64,000 nucleotides of DNA from the NCBI GenBank assembly GCA_018399655.1, contig JAGYNS010000001.1, forward strand, positions 4,658-68,657, given 5' to 3'. The notes below the pieces were generated by a model. That model saw only the letters and a list, made by a program, of their open reading frames with translations. It had not been told where the DNA came from and did no database searches. This document shows, one piece after another, positions 23,223-36,026 of this stretch. The DNA is from Campylobacterales bacterium. GTDB lineage: Bacteria > Campylobacterota > Campylobacteria > Campylobacterales > Arcobacteraceae. The first letter of the stretch is position 1. Each line of letters starts with the position of its first letter. Position numbers and translations under genes: made by a program.

Positions 23223-24783
23223 ATGCAAACAAATGAACATAACTACATAGATCTTCTCAATGAGATTGGTTATCTTTAACTACAGAGAAAGATTTGCACA
23301 TCATAATGCAAAAATACTCACCAATGCAAAGAAGATAATCAATGCGATGCAGGAACCTTTTATCTTTTGTGCGATGATGAAAAATCATTAAAATTTACAG
23401 CGGTGCAACAGATTCCTTTAGATATTACCTTCAAGTGCCAAAGGACAATCCCTTGGCCAAATCTTTATACAAAAAGGATGGCACTCAAATGATATCAATA
23501 TCTCAGTCAGTTGTGCCTTAAATGGAAAGTTGATCAATATTGAGGATGTTTATCAATCAAAAGAGTTCAACTTTGAGTGACCCAAAGCGTTTGATATCGC
23601 GACTGGTTATCGAACAAAATCGATGCTAGTGGTTCCTATGAAAAATTACGATGATGATATTATTGGGGTGCTTCAACTCATAAACAAAACAAGACAAAAA
23701 TGGCAAAAGTATCCCCTTTAGTAGTGATGATGAAAATTGATTTTATCATCAACTCACAAGCTGCTATGTCTATAACACAACAAAAACTAGTGCATGATTT
23801 AGAAAACCTATTGAACTCTTTTATCCAAGCGATCGCTACTGCTATTGGGGGAAAAATCAAAATACACCCAAGGGCATATCAATCGGGTTTCCCAAATAGC
23901 TTTAGATATAGCCAACGTGCGATCAATGAAGACAATGAGGGTATTTATAAAGATAGTTTTTGATAAGTTTCAACTCAAAGAGATTGATGTAGATGGGCTT
24001 GGATGCACGATGTTAAAGATAACCACCCCTGATCATGTGGTGTAGATAAAGCAACAAAACTAGAAACTATTTATGATAGAATTGATTTAGTCAAAACAAA
24101 ATTAGAACTACTCAAAAGAGAAAAAGAGATAGAATTTTTAAAGAAAAGTTACAAAAGTATTACAAAAAAGAACAATTTAAAAGAATATGATGATTTAATA
24201 AAAACTTGATGAAGATTTTCAATTTTTATATGAGATGAACTTTGGTGGGGAATTTATGTCAGAGGATAAGATTGAAAAAGTACATCAAATAGCAAAAATC
24301 AAAATAACTATTGATGGAAAAAACAAAATCTTCTTTACAGAAGATGAGATAAAAATTCTATTACCAAAGGAACCCTTACCGATCAAGAAAGGTTTAATAT
24401 CAACAACCATGCAAAACTAAGTATTGATATTTTAAACTCTCTCCTTTTCCAAAAAACTCAAAAATGTTCCCATTATCGCCGAGGACACCACGAAAAGATC
24501 TGTGGTGGTGGGTATCCATTTGGTCTTCAAGGGGATGAGATAAGTTTTGAGGCAAGAATTATTGCTATTGCTGATATCTTTGAAGCACTCACCGCTTCTG
24601 ATAGACCTTACAAAAACCAAACACCTTAAATCAATCGAATCAAAATACTCTCTTTATGGTAAAAGATGTGGAACTAGATAAAGATTTAGTCAAGTTTTTC
24701 CTTGAAAAAGAGTTGCATTTAAAATATGCTAATGACAATCTTCATCCCATCAAATAGACAAAGTGGATGTAATCATTGAGTAG
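23223..24783 (+). CDS. GAF + HD-GYP phosphodiesterase (frameshifted as assembled)
   Basis: [20 protein letters not shown] (GAF); [18 protein letters not shown]...[34 protein letters not shown]. Confidence 0.9.
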
Positions 24784-24850
24784 CGATTTGTTTTTAAATT
24801 AAACTTTTTTTTAAAGTATAATAGTAAAATTATCATGAAAAGGTTTTATC

Positions 24851-26164
24851 ATGTTTAAAAAACTCTTTACTCTTGTAACTATTTGCCTCATCACCACAAC
24901 ACTTTATGGTGCTAGTGTTGGATTTTGTGGATGATGCAAATGCCAATAAACAGTATGCCAAAGGCTATACTCACTTCATCGCTTCTGAATATTCACAATC
25001 TTTTGAAATCTTTAGCCAACTTGTAGAGCAATACCTCAACACAAACTTATCAACTTTTATTATGCAAGAAGTGCTTGAACTCAAAAAGTATGAATTTGCC
25101 TCACCTCTTTTGATAGAATTTTGATCTTAGAACCTACCAACCATAGAGTAAGACTTGAGTATGCAAGAACTTTATTGATGATGAAATCGTATCAAGAAGC
25201 AAAAAAGAGTTTAGTGCTGTACTTCCTCTCCTATCCCACCAACCGTGAGAAAAATGTAGAAAAATTTATCCGCATTATTGAAAGGGAAGAGAAAGGATAC
25301 CACATAAGTGGAGGGCAATTTTTGAAATCGGTTGGGATAATAATATCAATAACAACACTTATGAAAATATCACCATGGTCAACGCACTCCTCTTAATAAC
25401 GACACTGATAAAAATCAGATACCAATTTCAAAGCTATAGTTGCCGGAAACTTAATCGTTCCATTACAACACAACCAAAAATCTTTCATGGAGTCTACTGG
25501 GGTAGTTTATATGCAAAAACAAAAAGAGTATAATGAAAATAATATCTTTTTAACCTCAATAACCAGTGGGATAGGTTATACCAATCAAAAATACAAAAAC
25601 CTCACCTCTTTTACTTATGACCATATTTGGATAGGGGGAGATCAGTCAATCTATCTCTATGGTATTGCCAATAGTTTTAAACTAACATATACTCAAACCA
25701 TCTCCTTGGAGTTGATTTAAAAATACAAAAAGAAAAGATGATCAAACAAATAGACCAAGATAAAATGCTGATATCAAAGAGATAGCAGTAGGATACACTA
25801 TCCTTTTACAAGAGAAACAAAAAATCTCCCTTTCAACCTCTTTTGAGACACAAAGGAAAACGAGAGGGACAAGAATTCGACATCAGTATGATATCAACAA
25901 ATATAAATTTTTCTACTCTAAAACTTCTTAGAGATTTTATGATACCACTATTATTACCAACTTGAAAAGAGTGACTACAAAGATATAGGTACCATGCTTC
26001 CAAAAAAGAGATGACAAAGTACAAAATTTCACTTTCAATCTTTCAAAACTCAACAAATCACAAAGTATAGCTTTAGAGTCAACGAGACCAAAGCTAAATC
26101 AAACATCAATGCCTATACCTATAAAAAACGAAGTGCCAACTTGAATTTTATGGTATCATTTTAA
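24851..26164 (+). CDS. TPR + outer-membrane beta-barrel, Slam/DUF560-like (frameshifted as assembled)
   Basis: Signal peptide; LILEPTNHRVRLEYARTL..KSYQEAK TPR; G.DNNINN barrel start; C-terminal SNINAYTYKK...FMVSF*. Confidence 0.75.
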
Positions 26165-26172
26165 GGAAAAAT

Positions 26173-27548
26173 ATGAAAAGCTAATATTAACTGCTCTACT
26201 TTTCGTAATTCACTTTATTTGGAAATATTGAGGAGATTACCGCCTTAAGCGGGGAGGTAAATCATCACAAGAGATACCCAAACACTCACGCCGATCATTG
26301 GATCTTTATTAGAGGAAAAAGATACGCTAGCCACAGGGGAAGTCTGACGACCTAAATAGTTTTCAAGGACAAAACTGTCATCTCCCTTGGGAAGAACTCC
26401 TCTTTTGATGTAGAAGAGTACTTTTGATAGCCAAAACCTGATGCGACAAAAGCCTCTTTGGGATGACCAAAGGGGTTCTTAAAGCTATCAGCAGGACAAA
26501 TAGGAAAGATCAATCCAAGTAAATTTACACTCAAAACAAAATCAGCATCAATTGGTATAAGAGGGACCAATTTCTTTGTAGAGATTTTTACCAAATGGGG
26601 ATATGCTAGTGGTAGCTACTGAGGGGAGGTGGTGGTGATCACCCCTTTTGGAGAGGTGACTTAACTCCAAGCGAGTTTACCCTCATAAGACCAAACGAAG
26701 CCCCTACAACACCACAAGAGGCAACCCAAGAACAGCTTGAAATAACTTGAACAAAACTTCCTGGGTGCAAGAGAAAATGAGCAAGAATCAGGATATGATG
26801 AGGGGGTGTTTCTATCCCATCTGATGAGGAACAAACTCTCAAAATCCGCAGACTCCCAATGAGGAAAATGGTGACTCACAAGAGCCGGGCAGGGGAGGTG
26901 CTAGATGATAGCGAGTGAAGCTGCTACAGATATTCTCACCGATGCCTCTCAATCACTTTTCTCTATTAGCCTGGAACGAACGATATTAATGTCAATAGCC
27001 TTGGGGATCTTCAAAGAGAGTTTATCACCAATGGAATACATCACCTCCCCAACCAGGAAGTGGTTGGATTGCCAATATCAAAGATGACTATACAGGAGCA
27101 TTACCAGGAGTTTATCTAAATGGTAGCCGAACTGATGATGGGTTTGATTGGGGATTGGGGACACGGTAGTGATACGGCAGCCGATCCTCTTTACCCTGAC
27201 AAAGTATGGATAGAGGGGCAAATTTAGTAAGCGATATCTCCTCTTATGGAACTGCTACCTATAATGGAAAAATTATGGGGTAACACCGGGGCAAGCTTTA
27301 ATAGATCCTATCAACTCAACTATCACTTTAGATTTTAATTTGGAACTAATGTTGTACAAGTATCTACTATGGTCAATAATTCAACAGGATTTAATATAAT
27401 AGATGGAACTTATAGTTCAAGTGGCTCTACTTATACTATACAAGATGGAACAGACCAAATACAGGGAAGTTTTTATGATAACTTTAATACCACTGCGGAA
27501 CTTTTGATGTAGATGGAAACAAAGGGTCTATAAAGCGAAAAAGACTAA
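26173..27548 (+). CDS. FecR-domain secreted protein with TbpB-like C-terminal barrel (frameshifted as assembled)
   Basis: IVFKDKTVISLGKNSSF, GQIGKINPSKFTLKTKSASIGIRGT (FecR-like); acidic linker; C-terminal ATYNGKIMG, IQGSFY, G.YKAKK. Confidence 0.75.
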
Positions 27549-27557
27549 AAGATTGAG

Positions 27558-28935
27558 TTAGTTATTTTTCCGAAAGTAACTTCTAATCCCTTTGGGCTAT
27601 CCCTGCTGCTATGTTTTGTTGGTATTTTTTTTGTTTTCACCCTTTTGCCTCTTGTGGATTAGAGAGATACCCTATTTCTATAAGCACTGGCCGGGCATTT
27701 GAGCTCCCACTAGTACCCAAAAATAATTCCTCTCTACCCCATTGTCTTTGATAGTATTTTTCCATAACCTTTGAAGTTGATAGATATTATTCCCCTGAAT
27801 ATCGATCGCTAGTTTATTGGAAGCGGTGATTTTTGATTATTGAGTATCGTTAAAAATGAGCTTTACTCCCCCAACTCATATCATCCATATCCCCTTTGTT
27901 TTCCAAAGCAGCAACCCTTTTGGCTCTTTCACTTCTTGTCAAGCTTTAAAAATAGGTTTCTATCCCATACACTTTATGGGCATTTGATTTGGCTACAGCA
28001 TTGGCATGAATTGAGATAAAAAGATCAGCATTTTTCCTATTGGCATATTGAGTTCTTGTTGAGAGTTTTAGATACTTATCACTACTTCTTGTAAGATACA
28101 CTTTAAAGCCATTTTTCTCTAGCTCCTCTTTTAAATATTTACTTACATCTAAAACCACATCTTTTTCATACAATTTTCCATTTACTGCCCCTGGGTCTTT
28201 TCCACCATGCCCTGGGTCTATTACTATTGTTTTTCTTGATGGGTAAAAGATATCTCCATCAGGGATCGTAGGGACTTGACCTGTTTTTTGAGTTTTAAGA
28301 TTGAGTACTTTAATGATAATTGAGCTTTTATTGATAATATAAATAATCTTCAGATTACTTCTATTTTTAAAACGGATTCTTAAAGTATCATTTGTATGTT
28401 GGGTGATAATAATTCTATCTACCCCATTCATAGCAAGTTTTGTTGGATATGCGTCTTTAAAATACCCTTTTATATCAAACTGATCATAAAAATCATCTCC
28501 ATCTTTGAATTTACTATAGTCGATAAAAGATTTATTCACTCGTCGATTAAACTCTAAAGAGATGCTATTTTCATTTTGTGTAACAGTTTTTATCGTTGTT
28601 TGTAAAGGTTGTTGTACTATTGAAGGAGCTTGTTTTGGGGGTTGTTTTGGAGGCTGCTTTGGTTTAAGTACTGTTTGCGTTGTTACCTTTTTAGGTTCTG
28701 TAATACTTCCCCCTAGTTTATTGAGCTCTTTTTTATATTTCCAAGTATTTTCATTGAGTTTTTCACCATATATTATAAGATCTTTTAAACTCTCTATCTC
28801 TTTTTTTGTATCACTTGTCATAATTGCTTGAAGATACTGTTTTTTTGCTTGTGTAAATCTATCTTGATGCTCACTTTGTGTCGCACCTAATAACTGACAA
28901 GCGATAAATAAAAAGATTAAAAATAGTTTTTTCAA
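27558..28935 (-). CDS. amiA: N-acetylmuramoyl-L-alanine amidase (3' part frameshifted as assembled)
   Basis: IVIDPGHGGKDPGA, EKDVVL, DLFISIHANA, GIETYF; downstream LIEIGYLSNPQE, GIRSYF. Confidence 0.92.
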
Positions 28936-28944
28936 ATATAAAAC

Positions 28945-30021
28945 CTATTCACCAGATGTAAGTTTATCCATAAGCTCTTTTACACTAATTATTTTTTCTA
29001 TTTTATAGCCATTTGATCCTGTAAAAAATAGACCTGTTTGTGTATCCCCTTGATACGCAGCTCCTAATCTATCAGCGATACAGTATCCCACCGCTTTTGC
29101 TTCCTCTCCACGATTACATGGAGCTACACAATTACTGATACATGAAACCTTTGGAGCGGTTCCCTCTTCAATAGACTTTTGAAGCTGCGTTCTCACACCT
29201 CTTGCTGGAAGCCCTACAGGAGATTTAAGCAATTTAATGTCATCCTCTTTTGCTTCTAAAAGTACTTTTTTCAACTCTGGATCTGCATCACACTCATAGG
29301 TACCTATAAATCGTGTCGCCATTTGCACCCCTGCACACCCCATAGCTAAAAATTTATCGATATCATTTTTATCCCAAATACCACCTGCAGCTATAACTGG
29401 AATATTATCCCATTTTTTTGCTTCCTCAATCACTTCTGGAACTATATTTTCAAGTTGCGATTCCTCTTTGAAACAATCCTCATACTTAAATCCTTGATGC
29501 CCTCCACTTAAAGGACCTTCAACAATTACAGCATCAGGAAGCTTATCGTACCGCTTCCACTTTTTACAAATAAGTTTTAAAGCTCGTGCACTACTTACAA
29601 TTGGAACCAGTGCCACATCTGGATACTCTTTGGTAAACTCAGGCATATTTGTAGGGATCCCAGCTCCTGTGATAATAATATCTGCTCCCGCTTCACAACT
29701 ATCTTGCACTACTCTACCATAATCATTAATGGCATATAAAATATTCACCCCAATTGGTTTATCTCCACACACTTTACGGGTATTTTGAATTATTTCAAAC
29801 AATGCTTCTTTTGAATAAAAATTTTGCTCAGAAAATGGTTTATCTTTGACATTTTTCTTTGAAAACTTTTTATTTTCATAATAACCAGTTCCAACTGCAC
29901 TAACAACACCTAAACCACCCTCTTTTGAAACAGCACCAGCTAATCTATCCCAGCTAATACCAACACCCATTCCACCTTGAATAATTGGCTTTTCTATGCT
30001 ATATTTTCCTATCTTCATCAA
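28945..30021 (-). CDS. Nitronate monooxygenase / FabK-like flavoprotein
   Basis: PIIQGGMGVGIS, VEGPLSGGHQG, PVIAAGGI, GVQMATRF. Confidence 0.92.
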   Translation of the reverse strand: MMKIGKYSIEKPIIQGGMGVGISWDRLAGAVSKEGGLGVVSAVGTGYYENKKFSKKNVKDKPFSEQNFYSKEALFEIIQNTRKVCGDKPIGVNILYAINDYGRVVQDSCEAGADIIITGAGIPTNMPEFTKEYPDVALVPIVSSARALKLICKKWKRYDKLPDAVIVEGPLSGGHQGFKYEDCFKEESQLENIVPEVIEEAKKWDNIPVIAAGGIWDKNDIDKFLAMGCAGVQMATRFIGTYECDADPELKKVLLEAKEDDIKLLKSPVGLPARGVRTQLQKSIEEGTAPKVSCISNCVAPCNRGEEAKAVGYCIADRLGAAYQGDTQTGLFFTGSNGYKIEKIISVKELMDKLTSGE

Positions 30022-30031
30022 TACCCTTATA

Positions 30032-31240
30032 CTACTTTACTATTACTTTTGCAAAGGCTTTTTTCCCTTTTTGTAAAACATACTCTCCGCTTCTTAGTAC
30101 CATTTTATCATCTTCAACTTTGATTTGGTCTAATTTTACCGCCCCACCTTTAATATCTCTTCTTGCTTGTGAAGTAGATGGGACTAATTTACACTCAACT
30201 AAAGCTTGAAGTATCCCTACTTCTGTTTCAAATAGGAACTGATCCATTTGTGTTGGGATATCTTTTTTGGCAAAAATTTTCGCAAACTCATTTGCTGCTT
30301 TTTCTCCACTACCACTTCCATGGTATCTATCTACAATCTCCATAGCAAGATTCTCTTTTGCTTTTTTTGGATGGAGTGTTCCATTTGCCACATCACTTTT
30401 CATCTGTTCAATGGTCTCTAAAGTATTTGTTGAAAGAAGTTCATAATATCGCCACATCAGATCATCGCTAATACTTAAAACTTTTCCAAACATATCATTT
30501 GGCTCATCGGTAACTCCAATGTAGTTTCCTAAAGATTTTGACATCTTTTGAACTCCATCAAGCCCTTCAAGAATTGGCATCATCATCACCACTTGTTGCT
30601 TCCCAACACCATATATTTTTTGAAGTTGTCGCCCCATCAAAAGGTTAAATTTTTGATCGGTTCCCCCTAATTCCACATCGGATTTAAGATGAACACTGTC
30701 ATATCCTTGAAGGAGTGGATATAAAAACTCACTCACTGCAATTGGGGTATTTGAAGCGTATCGTTTTGAAAAATCATCCCGCTCTAACATTCGAGCAACT
30801 GTCAAATGTGATGAAAGTTGCAATATCCCACTTGCCCCTAGACTTTGGAGCCAATCATCATTATACACCACTTGTGTTTTTGATTCATCAAGTATTTTAA
30901 AAGCTTGTGTAGTATAACTTTGTATATTTTTGACAACATCCTCTTTTGTAAGCACTTTTCTTGTAGCACTTTTTCCAGTTGGATCACCTATCATAGCAGT
31001 AAAATCACCTATTAAAAACTGTACGCGACCCCCATATTTTTGAAAAGCTGCTAACTTTTGCAAAAGAACTGTATGCCCTAGATGAAGATCTGGTGCCGTT
31101 GGATCAAATCCCGCTTTAACAAAATATGTTGTCCCATTTTCAAAATAATTTTTAAGTAACTCTTCTAATCTTTCATTATCGATAATCTCTTCTGACCCTC
31201 TTGATAACTCTTGTAATGCCACTTCTAATTTTTTTTCCAT
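30032..31240 (-). CDS. tyrS: Tyrosine--tRNA ligase
   Basis: [27 protein letters not shown]-terminal S4 domain. Confidence 0.98.
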   Translation of the reverse strand: MEKKLEVALQELSRGSEEIIDNERLEELLKNYFENGTTYFVKAGFDPTAPDLHLGHTVLLQKLAAFQKYGGRVQFLIGDFTAMIGDPTGKSATRKVLTKEDVVKNIQSYTTQAFKILDESKTQVVYNDDWLQSLGASGILQLSSHLTVARMLERDDFSKRYASNTPIAVSEFLYPLLQGYDSVHLKSDVELGGTDQKFNLLMGRQLQKIYGVGKQQVVMMMPILEGLDGVQKMSKSLGNYIGVTDEPNDMFGKVLSISDDLMWRYYELLSTNTLETIEQMKSDVANGTLHPKKAKENLAMEIVDRYHGSGSGEKAANEFAKIFAKKDIPTQMDQFLFETEVGILQALVECKLVPSTSQARRDIKGGAVKLDQIKVEDDKMVLRSGEYVLQKGKKAFAKVIVK

Positions 31241-31247
31241 ATTCTCC

Positions 31248-33395
31248 CTACTTGTATGCGTCTAAGCTTTGATAAAACTCTATAATTCTCACTTTTTGTG
31301 CTATCATCGCTTTTACTTTTTCTTTATTCTCATTTTTCATCTCAAAATCTATTGTACAGTATTGATTTGAAGCGTGTATATCACGCCCATAATCCAATGA
31401 TAAAACAGTCGCCTCATGCTCTACAGATAAATAGGTAAGCAATCTTGCAAGTTCTCCACGAACATTAGGAAAACTCACTACCATTTTATATTTATAAAAC
31501 TTATCGTTGACCCAGTCACAAAAAAGCATCTCATTGTTTTTTTTGATCAATTTATAAGCAGTTTCACACATTTTATGATGTATCACTGCATTTTTATTGT
31601 GTTTTAAAGCTACAATATTATCACCAAACTTCGGATGACAACAGTGGTCAAATGATACAGAATTTATGCTAAAATTTGAATATACCAGCACATTATCAAA
31701 CTGAATTTTACGAAGTCCTAAACTTTGTACTTTAAATCGAGCAAAAATCCCCTCTTTTTTTCGTATATTTTTTAAGATCATTTTTTTTATATTTTTCAAG
31801 TGATCCAGATTGTATACAAGTTTTGAAAGGTTATTTATCTTTAATTGTGCGATCTCCTCATCTACTGCTCCTTTGTATCTTGAAAAAATAGTTTGTAAAA
31901 TATTTTTTGATGTCATTTGATCTATATGTTTAAGTCGATTGTGGCATAAAGTTTTAATCGATTTTTTCGCTTTTGTTGTTTGAACCATATCTTGCCAAGT
32001 ACACCTTGGTATCACATGCTTCCCTTTTTCAATTGAGACGATATCACCACTTTTAAGCTGTGTTAAAAGTGGCTTTTTTACTTTATTGATAATAGCTTCT
32101 TGTGCATAGTTTCCCAGATCAGTATGGATCTCATAAGCAAAATCAAACGCTGTTGATCCCCTTGGCATCATAAATATATCCCCTTTTGGAGAGTATATCA
32201 CAATATTTTCACTATACAAATCCTGCTTTGCATCATCATAAAACTCCTCCACATTGGAGTCATTTGCAGCTAACGAGTGGAGCCAATCTAGCTTTGGAGT
32301 TGAGACTCTTGAGCCACTTTTGTATTTCCAATGAGCGGCTACTCCATACTCAGCAATCTCATGCATCTCAAAAGTTCGTATCTGCACCTCAAAGATTTTT
32401 GAATTTGAAAATACGGTTGTATGGATCGTTTGATACCCATTCTCTTTTGGGATTGAGATATAATCTTTAAGTCTTGAGACAAGTGGTTTGTAGTTTGTGT
32501 TAATGATCCCTAAAACCTTATAACAATCAAGTGACTCTTTTACTAAAACCCGTATTGCAAAAAGATCTAATACCTCATCGATACTGACCCCTTTTCGTTG
32601 CATTTTTAAATAAATAGAGTAGTAGTGCTTGATACGACTAAGGATCTTAACCCCATCTGCAAAACCGTTTTTATCTAAAATATTTTTGGTCTTTGATAAA
32701 AACTTGTTTAAAGTAAGTTGCATCTCTTGTTGATACTCTTTCATATACAGATCAATTTTCTCATACTCTTTTGGATAAAGATAAAAAAATGCGGTATCTT
32801 CTAAAAGATTTTTGATCGTTGAAATACCCAACCTATGTGCTATAGGGGCATATACCAAAAGTGTCTCTTCTGAGATTCGCTCCTGTTTATCTAAAGGTAA
32901 AGCATCCAAAGTGAGCATATTGTGTACCCTATCACACAATTTTACTACCATCACACGCACATCATCAATAGAAGCTACTAACATTTTTCGAAAAGTAAGT
33001 GCAGAGAAAAGAAGTTTACTTTTATCTTTCGAGCTTGTAAGTTCATGCTCTCGTATCTCAGTTATTTTGGTTAAGCCATCTACAATATGGGTAATATCAA
33101 CACCAAACTGCTCTTGAATATCAAGAAGTGAAAATCGTGTATCCTCCACCACATCATGTAAAAGTGCCGCTATAATCATATGTTCATCATGGGAAAAATA
33201 TGCAGTGATCACTGCGACAAGAATTGGGTGAACCACATATGGCTCTCCACTTTTTCTTTTTTGATTAGCATGAGCTTCTTGGGAAAGCTCTAAAGCTTTT
33301 GCAATATCCTCTGTAAACTCACAATTTGATTTTAAAAGCTCTATAGCTTCATCTATAGACTTTACATATTTTAAACTCTCTAAAAATCTATTCAA
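31248..33395 (-). CDS. spoT: Bifunctional (p)ppGpp synthetase/hydrolase
   Basis: [48 protein letters not shown] and ACT regions. Confidence 0.96.
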   Translation of the reverse strand: MNRFLESLKYVKSIDEAIELLKSNCEFTEDIAKALELSQEAHANQKRKSGEPYVVHPILVAVITAYFSHDEHMIIAALLHDVVEDTRFSLLDIQEQFGVDITHIVDGLTKITEIREHELTSSKDKSKLLFSALTFRKMLVASIDDVRVMVVKLCDRVHNMLTLDALPLDKQERISEETLLVYAPIAHRLGISTIKNLLEDTAFFYLYPKEYEKIDLYMKEYQQEMQLTLNKFLSKTKNILDKNGFADGVKILSRIKHYYSIYLKMQRKGVSIDEVLDLFAIRVLVKESLDCYKVLGIINTNYKPLVSRLKDYISIPKENGYQTIHTTVFSNSKIFEVQIRTFEMHEIAEYGVAAHWKYKSGSRVSTPKLDWLHSLAANDSNVEEFYDDAKQDLYSENIVIYSPKGDIFMMPRGSTAFDFAYEIHTDLGNYAQEAIINKVKKPLLTQLKSGDIVSIEKGKHVIPRCTWQDMVQTTKAKKSIKTLCHNRLKHIDQMTSKNILQTIFSRYKGAVDEEIAQLKINNLSKLVYNLDHLKNIKKMILKNIRKKEGIFARFKVQSLGLRKIQFDNVLVYSNFSINSVSFDHCCHPKFGDNIVALKHNKNAVIHHKMCETAYKLIKKNNEMLFCDWVNDKFYKYKMVVSFPNVRGELARLLTYLSVEHEATVLSLDYGRDIHASNQYCTIDFEMKNENKEKVKAMIAQKVRIIEFYQSLDAYK

Positions 33396-33426
33396 AAGCT
33401 ATGCTTTCTTGAAAAGTCACTAGAAT

Positions 33427-33648
33427 CTATTCTATAGATTCTATTATCAACGCACCTGTTGCAATCTCTTCTATAGCAATATCAGTATATTTCATATTTT
33501 TTGTTAACGAAATATCTATAAGTGGTTTTGCACCTTTACTCAACTCATCTGCTCTTTGTCCAACAGCAACACTTAATCTATATCTATCGTTGTTTACTCT
33601 TTCTAATGCTTGTGACAATGTCTCTTCTAATCGCATCATATTTTTCAT
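33427..33648 (-). CDS. rpoZ: RNA polymerase omega subunit
   Basis: DRYRLSVAVGQRADEL, IAIEEIA; located between pyrH and spoT. Confidence 0.93.
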   Translation of the reverse strand: MKNMMRLEETLSQALERVNNDRYRLSVAVGQRADELSKGAKPLIDISLTKNMKYTDIAIEEIATGALIIESIE

Positions 33649-33675
33649 TCTCCTAAAATTTTATTTTATATTGAT

Positions 33676-34392
<717 letters not shown>

Positions 34393-34438
34393 TTATACTT
34401 ATTTTCGCAAGTGTATCTAAAATTTGATTATAATTTGG

Positions 34439-35758
34439 TTAACCATGGTGCTTTTTTTGACCTATGATCCTTTTCCCTTTTATTTTCGGGGCTTTTTTTG
34501 CCTCTTTTTTTGCTTTTTTCTTCCCAAAAGCCCCTCCCACTTTGCTTTTTTTCTCATTTTGCTGTGATTTGATTATTTTCTTTTTTGCTATCATATGGAT
34601 TTTTGGATCAGTTTCAAAACCATCAAGTTTAAGCTTGGGAATTTTTTGTTTTATATACTCTTCTATCTCCCCAATTGCCGCCATATCAAATTGATCTAAA
34701 AGTGAGATAGCTAGCCCCTCATTTCCTGCTCGAGCGGTTCTTCCAATCCTATGGATATAATCTATAGGTGAAAATGGCAAGTCATAATTGATCACAAAAA
34801 AAAGATCTTCAATATCAAGCCCTCTTGAAGCAACATCCGTTGAAACCAATACTCTTATTTTATGCTCTTTAAATTGCTCTATCGCTTTTTTTCTAGCCCC
34901 TATAGTTTTATCCCCATGAACTGCCATTGATTTGAGTCCATCAAGTTTTAAATGCTCTACAATCTCATCGGCAAGTGCTTTTGTTTTGCAAAACACAAGT
35001 ACTTGTTGCATATTTTGTGATCCTATTAAAAATGAAAGCATAGAGAGTTTATCCTCTTGGGTTACAGGATACGCTATTTGTTCTATTTTTTCATTGACCT
35101 TATCTTTTGCTTTGAGTTCAATCACTTTTGGACTGATCAATATCTCATTGGCTAATTTTTTCACATGGCTTCCTAAAGTAGCAGAGCATAAAATCGTTTG
35201 TTCCCTTTTTGGCATTTGGGCTATTAAAGTGCCCACATCATTGATAAAGCCCATATCAAGCATACTATCCGCTTCATCGAGTACCAAAGTATCCACTTTG
35301 GCAAGAGATATCTTTTTTTGCTCTAGTAGATCAAGGAGTCTTCCTGTAGTTGCAATTACTATATCAACTTTTTTTTGAAGTTTTTTTATTTGAGGGTTGA
35401 TATTTGATCCCCCATATATTGAAGCTATTTTGATATCAAGATTTGCACCATATTGAAGAATACTTTTTTCAAGTTGCAAAACAAGCTCTCTAGTTGGAGC
35501 AATGATCAGTTTTGAAAGGTACACCTCATCACTATTTTGCTCTTTTTGCTGTAAAATTTTTTGCAATATTGGCAAAACAAAAGCTGCTGTTTTTCCCGTT
35601 CCTGTTTTTGCTATTGCTAAAAGATCTTTTCCTCTTAAAAGGTCTGGTATCACCTCATTTTGAATTGGTGTTGGTTCTTTGTAGTCCAATTGTTCTAATG
35701 ATTGTATTATTTTTCTATCTAGTTGAAATTTTTCAAATCCCATCGATCCTCTTTTCAT
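34439..35758 (-). CDS. DEAD/DEAH box RNA helicase
   Basis: TGTGKT, PTREL, LDEAD, SAT, TDVASRGLD, HRIGRTAR; basic C-terminal tail. Confidence 0.96.
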   Translation of the reverse strand: MKRGSMGFEKFQLDRKIIQSLEQLDYKEPTPIQNEVIPDLLRGKDLLAIAKTGTGKTAAFVLPILQKILQQKEQNSDEVYLSKLIIAPTRELVLQLEKSILQYGANLDIKIASIYGGSNINPQIKKLQKKVDIVIATTGRLLDLLEQKKISLAKVDTLVLDEADSMLDMGFINDVGTLIAQMPKREQTILCSATLGSHVKKLANEILISPKVIELKAKDKVNEKIEQIAYPVTQEDKLSMLSFLIGSQNMQQVLVFCKTKALADEIVEHLKLDGLKSMAVHGDKTIGARKKAIEQFKEHKIRVLVSTDVASRGLDIEDLFFVINYDLPFSPIDYIHRIGRTARAGNEGLAISLLDQFDMAAIGEIEEYIKQKIPKLKLDGFETDPKIHMIAKKKIIKSQQNEKKSKVGGAFGKKKAKKEAKKAPKIKGKRIIGQKKHHG

Positions 35759-35880
35759 TGTTTATTAATATCTGATTATATCAAAATATACTACAACTAT
35801 AGCTATATTTAAAACTTATTTTAAACTTTTTTAGCTAAAATTTGTTAAATTAAAAATAAAACACTACAAGGAGGTTGTTT

Positions 35881-35955
35881 ATGAAAGCTACATTTATTTC
35901 AAAAAACAGAATATTTAAAAGTACCAACCTTCTGCTCCTTTGCTTTTCAAAATAA
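35881..35955 (+). promoter_or_regulatory. Leucine-rich leader peptide (attenuator uORF) of leuA
   Basis: AAGGAGG RBS (35868-35874); MKATFISKNRIFKSTNLLLLCFSK* with four consecutive Leu codons; ends 71 nt before leuA. Confidence 0.75.
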
Positions 35956-36026
35956 CTATTACGATTTTCATTTTAAAGTTGAATATTTATATTCTTACCA
36001 TTTAATAATTTACAATAAGGTTACAC

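Noticed and set aside
9867-27950. Mass pseudogenisation or programmed frameshifting
   Set aside because: Core genes are hit equally, motifs are intact and indels sit in homopolymers, which fits sequencing error better
28625-28670. 12-nt imperfect tandem repeat in amiA (PKQPPKQPPKQ)
   Set aside because: Ordinary Pro-rich interdomain linker
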